From: an uncultured Hyphomicrobiales bacterium | GTDB lineage: Bacteria > Bacteroidota > Ignavibacteria > Kapaibacteriales > UBA2268 | NCBI GenBank assembly: GCA_964498585.1 | Contig: CAZCHH010000006.1 | Coordinates: forward strand, 1,554-65,553 | DNA: 64,000 bases | Reading direction: 5' to 3' | In this document: in pieces, positions 1 to 9,043 of the stretch | Position numbering within the stretch: the stretch's first letter is position 1 | Layout of the letters: every line of letters begins with the position of its first letter | Notes under the pieces: model-generated | What the model was told of the DNA's origin: nothing | Seen by the model: the letters and a program-made list of their open reading frames with translations, nothing else | Database searches by the model: none | Program-made: the position numbers and the translations under genes

Positions 1-1
1 A

Positions 2-1591
2 CTTAGTCATTCAAAACCACTAACTTTAACAATAGAGCAAAAACCTGTTGCAGAGTATCAAGGGGAAGAATATCAGCTTTCATCTCCTCTTTCCACAGCT
101 ATTTTAGACGAAGAAATAAATTATTTGTCACCTCATCTTGGTCTGCTTGGTAATTTCGATGACGAAACTTTTATTGATGAAGAAGAATTAAAACAAAATG
201 CCCAGATTTTGCAAGATAAATTAGAAACATTTAAAATCGTAATTGAAAATCTTGCTGTAACTCCGGGACCTGTTGTTACTCAATATGAATTTGTACCGGC
301 AGCAGGTATTAAAATAAGTCGCATTGAAAACCTTTCTGACGATATAGCAATGGCTCTAAAAGCCAAAGGAATAAGGATTATAGCTCCGATTCCCGGAAAA
401 GGAACTGTTGGTATTGAAATTCCTAATAAAAAGCCATCGATGGTTAGTTTTAGCAGTTTAGCCAAGTCGAATAAATTTCTTAATACGAATTTAAATTTAC
501 CTATGGCTTTAGGGAAAACTATTTCAGGCGATGTGTTTTGTACTGATTTAACAAAAATGCCCCATTTATTAATTGCCGGAGCTACTGGTGCTGGAAAAAG
601 CGTCGGCATCAATACAATTATAGCTTCTTTGCTTTATAAAATGCATCCGAGATATTTAAAATTCGTTATTGTTGACCCAAAGAAAGTGGAATTGAAGCAG
701 TATGCGCAGTTAGAAAATCATTTCCTTGCGGTTTCTCCGGACATCGATAATTCTATTATAAGCGACCCACAAGAAGCTGTAATCGTTTTAAAAGCTGTCT
801 GTGCTGAAATGGATTTACGTTACGATATCCTGTCCAAAGTTGGACAAAGAAATATTTTTGAATACAATGCAAAGGTTCGTGAAGGCAAGTTCAAAGATGA
901 TAAGGAAATATTGCATAAAGAAATGCCATATATAGTTGTTGTTATTGATGAACTTGCAGATTTAATGCTGACTGCTTCAAAAGAAGTGGAAGGGCCTATT
1001 ATCCGATTGGCTCAACTTGCAAGAGCTGTTGGTATCCACTGTATAGTTGCAACTCAACGTCCTTCTGTTGACGTTATTACTGGAATTATTAAAGCAAATT
1101 TCCCCGCGAGAATATCTTATTTGGTTGCTTCAAAAATTGATTCAAGGACTATATTAGATGTTTCGGGTGCTGAACAACTTCTTGGTATGGGCGATATGCT
1201 TTTCCTTGCTGGCGGCTCTCCCAAGCCAATTCGTATTCAAAATGCCTTCATTTCTACTGACGAAGTTGAAGAAATATGTGCGTTTATTGGTAATCAAAAG
1301 GGCTATTCTCAGCCATATAAGCTTCCAAGTTTAGTTGAAAAAAATACCGCAAGTGCTGGGATTAGTCAGGAAGACAGAGACCCACTTTTTGAAGAAGCAG
1401 CAAAATTAATTATTCAGCAACAACAAGCTTCTGTTTCTTTAGTGCAAAGAAGATTGAAAGTCGGTTATGCAAGAGCCGGAAGAATTATTGACGAATTAGA
1501 AGATGCAGGTGTGATTGGCCCTTTTGACGGAAGTAAAGCAAGAGCTGTTTATATGGAAAGTGAATCTGAATTAGAAGCAGTTCTTTGGTAA
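2..1591 (+). CDS. ftsK: DNA translocase FtsK/SpoIIIE, C-terminal part (5' end lies before the window)
   Basis: Walker A GATGAGKS, VVVIDELADLM, ATQRPSVDV and a gamma domain (SVSLVQRRLKVGYARAGRIID). The frame is open from base 2, so the TTG at 125 is not the true start. Confidence 0.97.
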   Translation, partial: LSHSKPLTLTIEQKPVAEYQGEEYQLSSPLSTAILDEEINYLSPHLGLLGNFDDETFIDEEELKQNAQILQDKLETFKIVIENLAVTPGPVVTQYEFVPAAGIKISRIENLSDDIAMALKAKGIRIIAPIPGKGTVGIEIPNKKPSMVSFSSLAKSNKFLNTNLNLPMALGKTISGDVFCTDLTKMPHLLIAGATGAGKSVGINTIIASLLYKMHPRYLKFVIVDPKKVELKQYAQLENHFLAVSPDIDNSIISDPQEAVIVLKAVCAEMDLRYDILSKVGQRNIFEYNAKVREGKFKDDKEILHKEMPYIVVVIDELADLMLTASKEVEGPIIRLAQLARAVGIHCIVATQRPSVDVITGIIKANFPARISYLVASKIDSRTILDVSGAEQLLGMGDMLFLAGGSPKPIRIQNAFISTDEVEEICAFIGNQKGYSQPYKLPSLVEKNTASAGISQEDRDPLFEEAAKLIIQQQQASVSLVQRRLKVGYARAGRIIDELEDAGVIGPFDGSKARAVYMESESELEAVLW

Positions 1592-1774
1592 TTGCTTTAT
1601 TCGGATGATTTTATAAAATATTTTTCGAAAGTTTGATGCGACCAGTGAGCAGATGTCCTATATTTTGGATATGCTGAACATCTGAATTTTTATGCTAATT
1701 CCCAAGTTACACTATGGATGGTGATATAAAAATGTAGGGAAAAGGCATACCTTTTCTCGACTCTTTAGAGCTAT

Positions 1775-1807
1775 AGTGAACCGATGACTTTAAGTCATCG
1801 GCTCACT
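1775..1807. repeat. REP-like doublet, family A (two 15-bp AGTCATC(C/G)GATGACT-like palindromes)
   Basis: agtgaaccgatgact-tta-agtcatcggctcact, between convergent genes; related copies elsewhere in the window. Confidence 0.8.
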
Positions 1808-1860
1808 TAATTTTCATATTATATGAGCATCAAGTTTTTTGCATAAACTTAATCTCATCT

Positions 1861-1893
1861 CTTGTTATACCATCAACTTGTAGCTCGTATGAC
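1861..1893. repeat. Degenerate intergenic repeat, family C
   Basis: ttgtagctcgtatgac matches ttgttgctcgtatgac at 58394-58409. Confidence 0.45.
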
Positions 1894-1900
1894 TTTGAAC

Positions 1901-2449
1901 TTACAAACCATTTAATATTTTTTCTATATTCATATTCAACTTTTGATTATTGGCAAATAAATCTCTGTATGAATAAAAATCTAATTTATGCTTTTGTTTT
2001 GAAAATACCATTAAAGCTGGAGTTTGAACTACTTTGAAATAACCGAAAAATCCTTCTTTTGAATTTGTTGGCGGAATAGAATCTCGCTCCTGATGTATAT
2101 CGAAATAAAATTCCTTACAATTAAAGAGCCGTTTTAAATTTACTAAATTCTTCTTCATAGTAATAATGTCGTTCGGGCAGCGGGATATTATTTTTATTTT
2201 ATATTCGTTTTTCTTTTGTTCCAAAATGCTTTTTTCAAGGTGCTTGAAGCAATCATGGCAGCAGTAGCTATTTATTAAAATTAGAAATTGAGTATCATCA
2301 CCTTCAAAAACATTAACAGTATCAAAAGTAGTGTTTAAAACATAAATTTTAGTTACGGAATTATACAGTTCTTCATTTGCAAATACACTTGAAATAAAGA
2401 AAACAAGAGCAATAAATAAAATTTTACTTTTCCACATATTCATAAACAA
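1901..2449 (-). CDS. Secreted thioredoxin-fold protein (TlpA/redoxin-like)
   Basis: N-terminal signal peptide, CxxC (CCHDC) after a beta-strand, and a later VVQTP cis-Pro-like loop. Overlaps the upstream gene. Confidence 0.6.
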   Translation of the reverse strand: MFMNMWKSKILFIALVFFISSVFANEELYNSVTKIYVLNTTFDTVNVFEGDDTQFLILINSYCCHDCFKHLEKSILEQKKNEYKIKIISRCPNDIITMKKNLVNLKRLFNCKEFYFDIHQERDSIPPTNSKEGFFGYFKVVQTPALMVFSKQKHKLDFYSYRDLFANNQKLNMNIEKILNGL

Positions 2450-3605
2450 TTATTGTGAAAGAAAGGTCGTTCTTTTTGTAGTATTCGTCTGTTTGTTTTT
2501 TTAACTCAGCAAATGTCATAGTTTTATAATTTTCTTCTTCTAAATCAAAAGGATAATTTGTTATTACAAATAACTTAGAATTGCTTATGCTATATGTTAT
2601 ATTATAAATTGGAAGTTTGTCGAAAGAAAATTGAGCATTTTCTTCTAAGTCTTGCTGCAAATCACTTTTTAAGAGGTTCCACTTCCCATTTCTAAAACCC
2701 CAAATATCAAAATAAAGAAAATAATCAGCTACCGCTTTGGGTTTTGACCAAAGCAAAACAAAAGTAGAATCATTTATAAAACTCATCCTGTGAATTAAAC
2801 TAATCAAACCAGTAAATGGCCTTAGCTTGTCAATTTCATACTTAATTTCTGTATTTGTTATGTCAATTGATTTTAAAATTGAATCTGTTGTTGGATGTGT
2901 TTTCCAGTCAACATCATTACGTGCAATTTCATCAGTAACTTCATTCTTTGAATTATAAACCTTTATTTTATAATTATTAGCATCGGCAACTAAAGTAAAA
3001 TTTGAATTTGCTTCAATAAGATTCCTTGGTCCAAAAAAAGTAAATTGGAAACCTTCTGGGTTGGGTAACAGCTCATCAATTACATTTTTTTCTTTTTTTA
3101 AATCGTATTTGATTAAATGAGTTTGAGTATCTTCATTCATTGTAGAAGAAGCTATACCACAATCATAAAGAATAATAAAATCATTATCAATAACAATATT
3201 ATCAAACCAACCTTTGAATATAAAATTATCTTCATAATAATAATTGTCATCTTTCCATTTGTAAATCAAAGTGCTATCCCAACTTAATAATGTAAAATAT
3301 CTATCATTAACGTCAATATTATTGGTATAGCACTTTCTATTATTTTCAATTTTAAAAATTTTATAATCTTTTGTTTTTTCATCAAACTTAAACAAGTAAT
3401 TAAAATAGTTTCCTTTTTCGTCTTTTTCTATTTGCTTAATAAAGATGTAAATATTGCCATTATTATATTTGGTAATTAAATCAAATTTGGTAATATCTGG
3501 AATATCTAATCTTATAGAATGTTCATATTTGAAATTTTCTAATAAACTTTCAGAATAGAGATTTAAACTGAATAAAATGGAAAAAAGAAAAATTAATTTT
3601 TTCAT
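2424..3605 (-). CDS. Secreted putative beta-propeller protein
   Basis: Signal peptide MKKLIFLFSILFSLNLYS and repeated short beta-strand units (IYIF, LFKFD, LIKYD, IKVYN). The fold is inferred. Confidence 0.6.
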   Translation of the reverse strand: MKKLIFLFSILFSLNLYSESLLENFKYEHSIRLDIPDITKFDLITKYNNGNIYIFIKQIEKDEKGNYFNYLFKFDEKTKDYKIFKIENNRKCYTNNIDVNDRYFTLLSWDSTLIYKWKDDNYYYEDNFIFKGWFDNIVIDNDFIILYDCGIASSTMNEDTQTHLIKYDLKKEKNVIDELLPNPEGFQFTFFGPRNLIEANSNFTLVADANNYKIKVYNSKNEVTDEIARNDVDWKTHPTTDSILKSIDITNTEIKYEIDKLRPFTGLISLIHRMSFINDSTFVLLWSKPKAVADYFLYFDIWGFRNGKWNLLKSDLQQDLEENAQFSFDKLPIYNITYSISNSKLFVITNYPFDLEEENYKTMTFAELKKQTDEYYKKNDLSFTIIVYEYVEK

Positions 3606-3633
3606 TGGAATTCTTTCTAATAATTATAAAATG

Positions 3634-3669
3634 AACATCAACCATTGGGTTAACCCGATGGTTGATGTT
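3634..3669. other. 36-bp near-perfect palindrome/hairpin shared with 59290-59325
   Basis: aacatcaaccat-t-gggttaaccc-g-atggttgatgtt; no U-tract follows. Confidence 0.8.
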
Positions 3670-3740
3670 AAATTAAAGTGAATTCATAATTAAAGTAAAT
3701 AAATAAAATGACTCTTATTCATTTATTTTAATTTATAATT

Positions 3741-3890
3741 TTAATCAGGAATTAGCATAATATCAACATAGATATTACTGTTTTTTATTTCCATTCCGCT
3801 CCAAGTAACAGATCTGGAATAATAATGATTATCATACCAAAAGTTAGCATAATGTGTTCCAGAATAAGTACCAATAATTATTTCAACAGA
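3741..3890 (-). pseudogene. Start-less 3' gene remnant (49 codons, ending ...VDIMLIPD*)
   Basis: Open frame SVEIIIGTYSGTHYANFWYDNHYYSRSVTWSGMEIKNSNIYVDIMLIPD-TAA, preceded directly by an in-frame TAG at 3893-3891. Confidence 0.45.
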
Positions 3891-3897
3891 CTAATAA

Positions 3898-4257
3898 TCA
3901 ATTTCTCCTTTGAATAAAGTAATATATAACATTTGCTAACATATTGAAGAATGATATCATTTTAAAAATAAATACTTTAGAATCATTATTTATTAATAAT
4001 TCAATAATTAAAATAAAAACTGTACATAATATAGGTATTATAATAAGAAGATTTGATAATTTTGGATATTTAATAGTATCATTATTTTTTTTATTATTTC
4101 TAAAATCATCAAAGAAAGAATAATTCAAGAATAAAAGATTCAAAATAATATATATAATATAACTATCATTTTCAATATTAAAATCAAATATTAGGATAGC
4201 TAGAAAAATAATTGGTACTACAACAGATATTATTTCAGTAAAAATTTGTTTTTTCAT
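3898..4257 (-). CDS. Small polytopic membrane protein (about 4 TM), candidate immunity protein
   Basis: 119 aa with four hydrophobic segments, directly downstream of the lipoprotein gene. Confidence 0.6.
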   Translation of the reverse strand: MKKQIFTEIISVVVPIIFLAILIFDFNIENDSYIIYIILNLLFLNYSFFDDFRNNKKNNDTIKYPKLSNLLIIIPILCTVFILIIELLINNDSKVFIFKMISFFNMLANVIYYFIQRRN

Positions 4258-4345
4258 TTGATACCTTAAAATATAGTAAAATAAAAATGTAACTTCTATC
4301 TATACAATAAGATAGAAGTTACTTAAATTAAATATACTTTATTAA

Positions 4346-5191
4346 TTACCACCAATTAAATAATCTACCAATAAAGTTAGCTGCACCTGAAGCTTTTGCG
4401 CCTACTTTAACACCAGCCACTAAAGCAGGCACTGCTGCCATACCGCCACTAGCACCAGCGCAAGATAAAGTTGTAGCTGCACCTGCAATAAAATCAATAG
4501 ATCCACATACTACAATTTCAGTAGAAGACATGCCTTGAATATTATTGTTGTTAGATTTCTTATTTAATGCAGATGAATAATTAGCATGAAATATAATTGA
4601 ATTTTTGAAAAGTGCTATACTAAATAAAGCGAGGTTTTCTGTATTATTCCAATTGATTGATAATATTTCATCTTCTACATCATTTATTCTATTCATAATA
4701 TCATTATAACTTAAAACATTTGAACTATCAATTAAATCTTCTGCCATATCTAGTACTTTAATTGAATACGTTATATCTCTTTGTGTTAAAATATTTGAAT
4801 TATAAATTTGATACCTATAATTAGAAATAGTTGTATTTACATTATTTATACCTATTAACAAATTCATAGTGGTGGTATCACTTAAATCGCCGCAGCTACT
4901 TATCAACGAATCTGGAAAATATCCGCTAATGTAATCATCAGCCATATTACTTATATAGTCTATAAAGTCATAATCAGGCCATTGTGAAGGAAGTTCATTA
5001 CTAAAATTATTAAGAACATATTCCAATACATCATTATGTGCAACTCCCACCCATTCAAGCCGATTCGCAACAGATAGAACCTTATCACCTTTTTGATTAT
5101 ATTTTGTTACAATTTGATTGTCGTCTTCGGTGCAACTTATTATTAATACTAGCATTACTATTAGCAAACTAAAAAACTTGTTTAGTTTCAT
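4346..5191 (-). CDS. Lipoprotein with a C-terminal Gly/Ala-rich hydrophobic (bacteriocin-like) tail
   Basis: Lipobox IISC followed by acidic TEDD; C-terminus ...IAGAATTLSCAGASGGMAAVPALVAGVKVGAKASGAANFIGRLFNWW. Confidence 0.7.
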   Translation of the reverse strand: MKLNKFFSLLIVMLVLIISCTEDDNQIVTKYNQKGDKVLSVANRLEWVGVAHNDVLEYVLNNFSNELPSQWPDYDFIDYISNMADDYISGYFPDSLISSCGDLSDTTTMNLLIGINNVNTTISNYRYQIYNSNILTQRDITYSIKVLDMAEDLIDSSNVLSYNDIMNRINDVEDEILSINWNNTENLALFSIALFKNSIIFHANYSSALNKKSNNNNIQGMSSTEIVVCGSIDFIAGAATTLSCAGASGGMAAVPALVAGVKVGAKASGAANFIGRLFNWW

Positions 5192-5338
5192 AATTTTTAC
5201 TCCAAATTTAATTAAAAAAAATTATTTTTGAGAACATTTTTTAGAATAAATTTAGTTCATTTACCTACTTTGCTAATTTCAAAAGTTCTTCCAAGCCGGA
5301 AATAAAGTCCTTTTAAAATTTGCATAAATGAACTATTA

Positions 5339-5366
5339 CAAATATATAAAAAAAAAAAAAAACAAA
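5339..5366 (-). promoter_or_regulatory. Bacteroidota-type promoter (TTTG...TATATTTG) with a T15 tract in the spacer
   Basis: Minus strand reads TTTG-T15-A-TATATTTG upstream of the lipoprotein gene. Confidence 0.55.
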
Positions 5367-5482
5367 TATTTTTTTCATTTTTTTTGATTATGAATAAAAA
5401 TTAATTTGTTGTTCATTTTTCGTTCACCATTTCAGTAATCCTTTCAAAATAAAAATATTTTACAACCAATTAATATTTTCCT

Positions 5483-5490
5483 TAATTTTG
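5483..5490 (+). promoter_or_regulatory. -7 promoter element (TAnnTTTG) of the Ehr operon
   Basis: TAATTTTG 36 bp before the ATG at 5527. Confidence 0.55.
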
Positions 5491-5526
5491 AAAATAAAGA
5501 TATTGAAATTATGAAATATATATAAA

Positions 5527-7500
5527 ATGGAAATAACATATACGCTGTTGTTCTTGCCGATTATCTTTTGCATTCCTATATTTTTTGGGAATGTAAAAAT
5601 ACGATATTATTCATCTTTACTGCTAGCACTCTACATTTCCATAATAAGTTCAATCCCAGCTTTCGACATCTTAATAAATAATTTAAATACATTTACTGCT
5701 TCTATTTATTCCACTGAAATCACAATTGATGGTTTAAGTGCATTTTTCATTTTGGTAACGAACTTTACAATGCTAACTGGAATGCTCTTTTCCAATGGAT
5801 ATTTAGAACCATATATAAAAAGAAAAAAGCCGGCAGTTATTGCATTACACTATAGCAGCTATATTCTCTTACACCTTTCAATGCTGCTCGTTCTGGTTTT
5901 CAGGAATGGATTTGCTTTTCTCGTTGCATGGGAGCTGATGGCAGTGGCTTCTTTCCTTCTAATACTATTTGAAGGTGAAATACTTACAACACTAAAAACT
6001 GCCGTAAATTATCTAATTCAAATGCACATTGGCTTTGTATTTCTTCTAATTGCAATACTGATTTTCAGCAATTCTACCGGCAGTATGAGTTTCGATTCAC
6101 TTGCAGATTATTTTAAGTACAATGAAAACATTGGCTTATTTGCATTGTTTTTCATTGGTTTTTCTGTAAAAGCAGGTGTAATTCCACTTCATACCTGGCT
6201 GCCTGAAGCACATCCTGCTGCACCATCACACGTTTCCGGCACTATGTCCGGCGTTATGATAAAAATGGGTATTTATGGAATAATAAGAATTTTAAGCTAT
6301 ATTCAATATGATTTGTATAGTATTGGAATGTTTATTCTTATTATAGCTGCTATTTCCGGTTTGCTCGGAGTTATTATGGCAATTGTCCAGCACGATATAA
6401 AGAAACTTCTTGCATACCATAGCATTGAAAATATTGGAATTATATGCATGGGAATTGGTCTCGGTACGCTTGGTCTGGGAATGAACAGCCCATTAGTAGC
6501 AATGCTTGGCTTTAGCGGAGCTTTACTTCACGTGTTAAATCACTCTTTATTCAAATCATTACTTTTTTTCAGTGCTGGTTCAGTTTATAAGCAATATCAC
6601 ACACGCAGCATAGATAGTTTTGGCGGAGTAATCAAAAAAATGCCCAGAAGTACTTTCTTTTTTCTAATTGGAGCAATAGCAATATGCGGGCTTCCACCTC
6701 TTAACGGTTTTATCTCAGAAATGCTGATTTACATTGGACTTTTTAAAGGATTGCTCGGTGGAACTTTTAATAATTCAATTTTGATGCTATTTGGCATTAT
6801 CTCCCTTGTTTTAATTGGAGGATTAGCAATTTTCTGTTTTACCAAGGTTTTTGGTGTTGTTTTTTTGGGAAGTCCAAGAAAAGTAAAAGATGTAAATGTT
6901 AAGGAAGCATCTAACGAAATGCTTTTTCCAATGCTGCTTATTTCTATTTTAATCGTATTAATCGGGCTTTTCCCTATGCTTTTTATACAACCGATTAATA
7001 ATATTGTAAGCGGACTTTTCGAAATCAACTACGAAAGTAGTTTTCTTGCTATTTCAGACACATTTAGCAAAATTAATATTGTTAGTTTTGTTTTAATTGG
7101 AATTACCTTATTGCTGTTTCTTTTGCGTTCAAAAATACTGAAGAAAAGGGAAGTAAGCTATGTTCCTACTTGGGGTTGTGGCTCTTTGAATGCTTCTGCA
7201 AAGCAGCAATATACAGGAAATTCCTTTGCAAACAGTTTCAGTGAAATTGCAAATCCAATATTAAAAATTGAAAAAGATAATATTCTTATAGAAGAAGAAG
7301 AAATCGTGCCAGCCAGTCGGAGATATTCTACTCATCAGGTCGATGTTTTTGGTTTGCTTAATTTTAGAATTGCAGATTTTATTATGACTTTGTTAAAGAA
7401 GCTTGCACGTTTGCAAACAGGTAAAATTCAGCATTATATTCTTTATACTTTTATTTTTATTCTAATAATTTTTGCATTGATGTATTTAAATTTAATATGA
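5527..7500 (+). CDS. hyfB: Hyf/Ehr complex antiporter-like membrane subunit (HyfB/NuoL/MrpA-like)
   Basis: Many TM helices; KAGVIPLHTWLPEAHPAAPSHVSG, KKLLAYHSIEN and GLPPLNGFISE motifs. Confidence 0.9.
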   Translation: MEITYTLLFLPIIFCIPIFFGNVKIRYYSSLLLALYISIISSIPAFDILINNLNTFTASIYSTEITIDGLSAFFILVTNFTMLTGMLFSNGYLEPYIKRKKPAVIALHYSSYILLHLSMLLVLVFRNGFAFLVAWELMAVASFLLILFEGEILTTLKTAVNYLIQMHIGFVFLLIAILIFSNSTGSMSFDSLADYFKYNENIGLFALFFIGFSVKAGVIPLHTWLPEAHPAAPSHVSGTMSGVMIKMGIYGIIRILSYIQYDLYSIGMFILIIAAISGLLGVIMAIVQHDIKKLLAYHSIENIGIICMGIGLGTLGLGMNSPLVAMLGFSGALLHVLNHSLFKSLLFFSAGSVYKQYHTRSIDSFGGVIKKMPRSTFFFLIGAIAICGLPPLNGFISEMLIYIGLFKGLLGGTFNNSILMLFGIISLVLIGGLAIFCFTKVFGVVFLGSPRKVKDVNVKEASNEMLFPMLLISILIVLIGLFPMLFIQPINNIVSGLFEINYESSFLAISDTFSKINIVSFVLIGITLLLFLLRSKILKKREVSYVPTWGCGSLNASAKQQYTGNSFANSFSEIANPILKIEKDNILIEEEEIVPASRRYSTHQVDVFGLLNFRIADFIMTLLKKLARLQTGKIQHYILYTFIFILIIFALMYLNLI

Positions 7501-8426
7501 TAAGTTTTTTACTAATATTGCTAACAGCTTTATTTTTCCCCGGAATTATAAGCAGAACCAAGAGTATTGCAAGCGGGCGCAAGGGTCCTTCTATTCTACA
7601 GCCCTGGAAAAATATATTTGTATTGCTAAAAAAAGGAAGTAAATTCAGTGATACCACAAGTATTGTTTTTCAGATTACTCCTGTAATTTATTTAACCACA
7701 ATAGTTTGCGCAATGCTGCTTTTACCTTTTGAAGCAAACCGAATGCTTACTGGCAACATTTCAATAATTGGATTTGACGGGGATTTCATACTTTTTGCCT
7801 ATTTGCTTGCACTCGGAAGATTTTTCTTTATAATCGCTGCTTTGGATACCGGAAGTAGTTTTGAAGGAATGGGAGCAAACCGCGAAGCTCTTTATTCTAT
7901 GCTTTTAGAACCAGCTTTTTTCATTATAATAAGTTCTTTTGCTCTTGTTTCCGGTAATATCTCAATGCAGTCAATTTTTTCCTGCATTGAATTTGCAAAT
8001 ACTTACTACTATATAATTGGAATAATCATAATCTATCTTTTCGTTCAAATTGCGATGATTGAAAACAGCCGTTTGCCGGTAGATGACCCCAAAACGCACC
8101 TTGAACTAACGATGATTCACGAGGTAATGCTGCTTGATAGCTGTGGTTTCGACCTTGCTTTAATTCAAATAGGCACTTACTTGAAATTTGCTATATTTGG
8201 AACGATTATCGCTAATATAATTATTCCGCTAAATACACCTGTTTTGCTTCAGTTCGTAATATTTTTTGCAACTCAAATACTTTTTGCAGTAGTCATCGGC
8301 TTTTTGGAATCGTTCAGGGCAAGAAAAAAAATGGTTAAGAATCCACAGTTTATATTGAGTTTGAGTTCAATAGCACTTGTTGTGTTTGTGCTGTGTTTAT
8401 TACTTTTAAATCAAATGCTAAAATAA
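7497..8426 (+). CDS. hyfC: Hyf/Ehr complex NuoH-like subunit (HyfC)
   Basis: GRKGPSILQPW, SSFEGMGANRE and ENSRLPVDDPKTHLELTMIHE motifs; ATGA overlap with the upstream gene. Confidence 0.9.
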   Translation: MISFLLILLTALFFPGIISRTKSIASGRKGPSILQPWKNIFVLLKKGSKFSDTTSIVFQITPVIYLTTIVCAMLLLPFEANRMLTGNISIIGFDGDFILFAYLLALGRFFFIIAALDTGSSFEGMGANREALYSMLLEPAFFIIISSFALVSGNISMQSIFSCIEFANTYYYIIGIIIIYLFVQIAMIENSRLPVDDPKTHLELTMIHEVMLLDSCGFDLALIQIGTYLKFAIFGTIIANIIIPLNTPVLLQFVIFFATQILFAVVIGFLESFRARKKMVKNPQFILSLSSIALVVFVLCLLLLNQMLK

Positions 8427-9043
8427 TGAATATATTACTTGTTATATTATTTGGAATTACGCTGATTTACCTTTGTATTACAGAGCGTTTCAGAATTCAT
8501 ACAAAACTAATTGGTTTTCAGGGAATTATATTATTCGCTCTTGCTTTTTGGGAATTAGAAGCATTAACGGTAGGAAATCTAATTTTTGTAGCATCGGAAA
8601 CCTTGATTTTTAAAGCAATTGCCGTTCCCTTTCTGCTGCTAAAAATAATTAAAAAGACCGGCGAGGAACGGGTCTTTAAAAACGACTTCCACGAATTATA
8701 TTCTGTTATTTTTATTTCAATCGGACTTGTTCTCAGCATTTTAATTGCATACACTATGAAATTGCAGGTAATAAACACTACTTACTTCATAATTTCACTT
8801 TTTGGACTTTATGCTGGTATGTATATTATTATTACGCACAGAAAAATATTTTCTCATCTGATTGGATTTTTAATTATAGAAAATGCGGTGTTCCTGCTTT
8901 CTTTTGCGATTGGGAAAGAAATGCCGATGCTTATAAATATAGCAGTGCTGCTCGACATTTTTGCAAGCGTTTTGCTACTTGGAATTTTTGCTATGAGATT
9001 AAAACAAAATATTAGTGATTTAACAATACTTAAAGATGAATAG
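8426..9043 (+). CDS. hyfE: Hyf/Ehr complex membrane subunit HyfE
   Basis: IGFLIIENAVFL motif. Start placed at the TAATG overlap (8426) rather than at 8393. Confidence 0.85.
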   Translation: MNILLVILFGITLIYLCITERFRIHTKLIGFQGIILFALAFWELEALTVGNLIFVASETLIFKAIAVPFLLLKIIKKTGEERVFKNDFHELYSVIFISIGLVLSILIAYTMKLQVINTTYFIISLFGLYAGMYIIITHRKIFSHLIGFLIIENAVFLLSFAIGKEMPMLINIAVLLDIFASVLLLGIFAMRLKQNISDLTILKDE

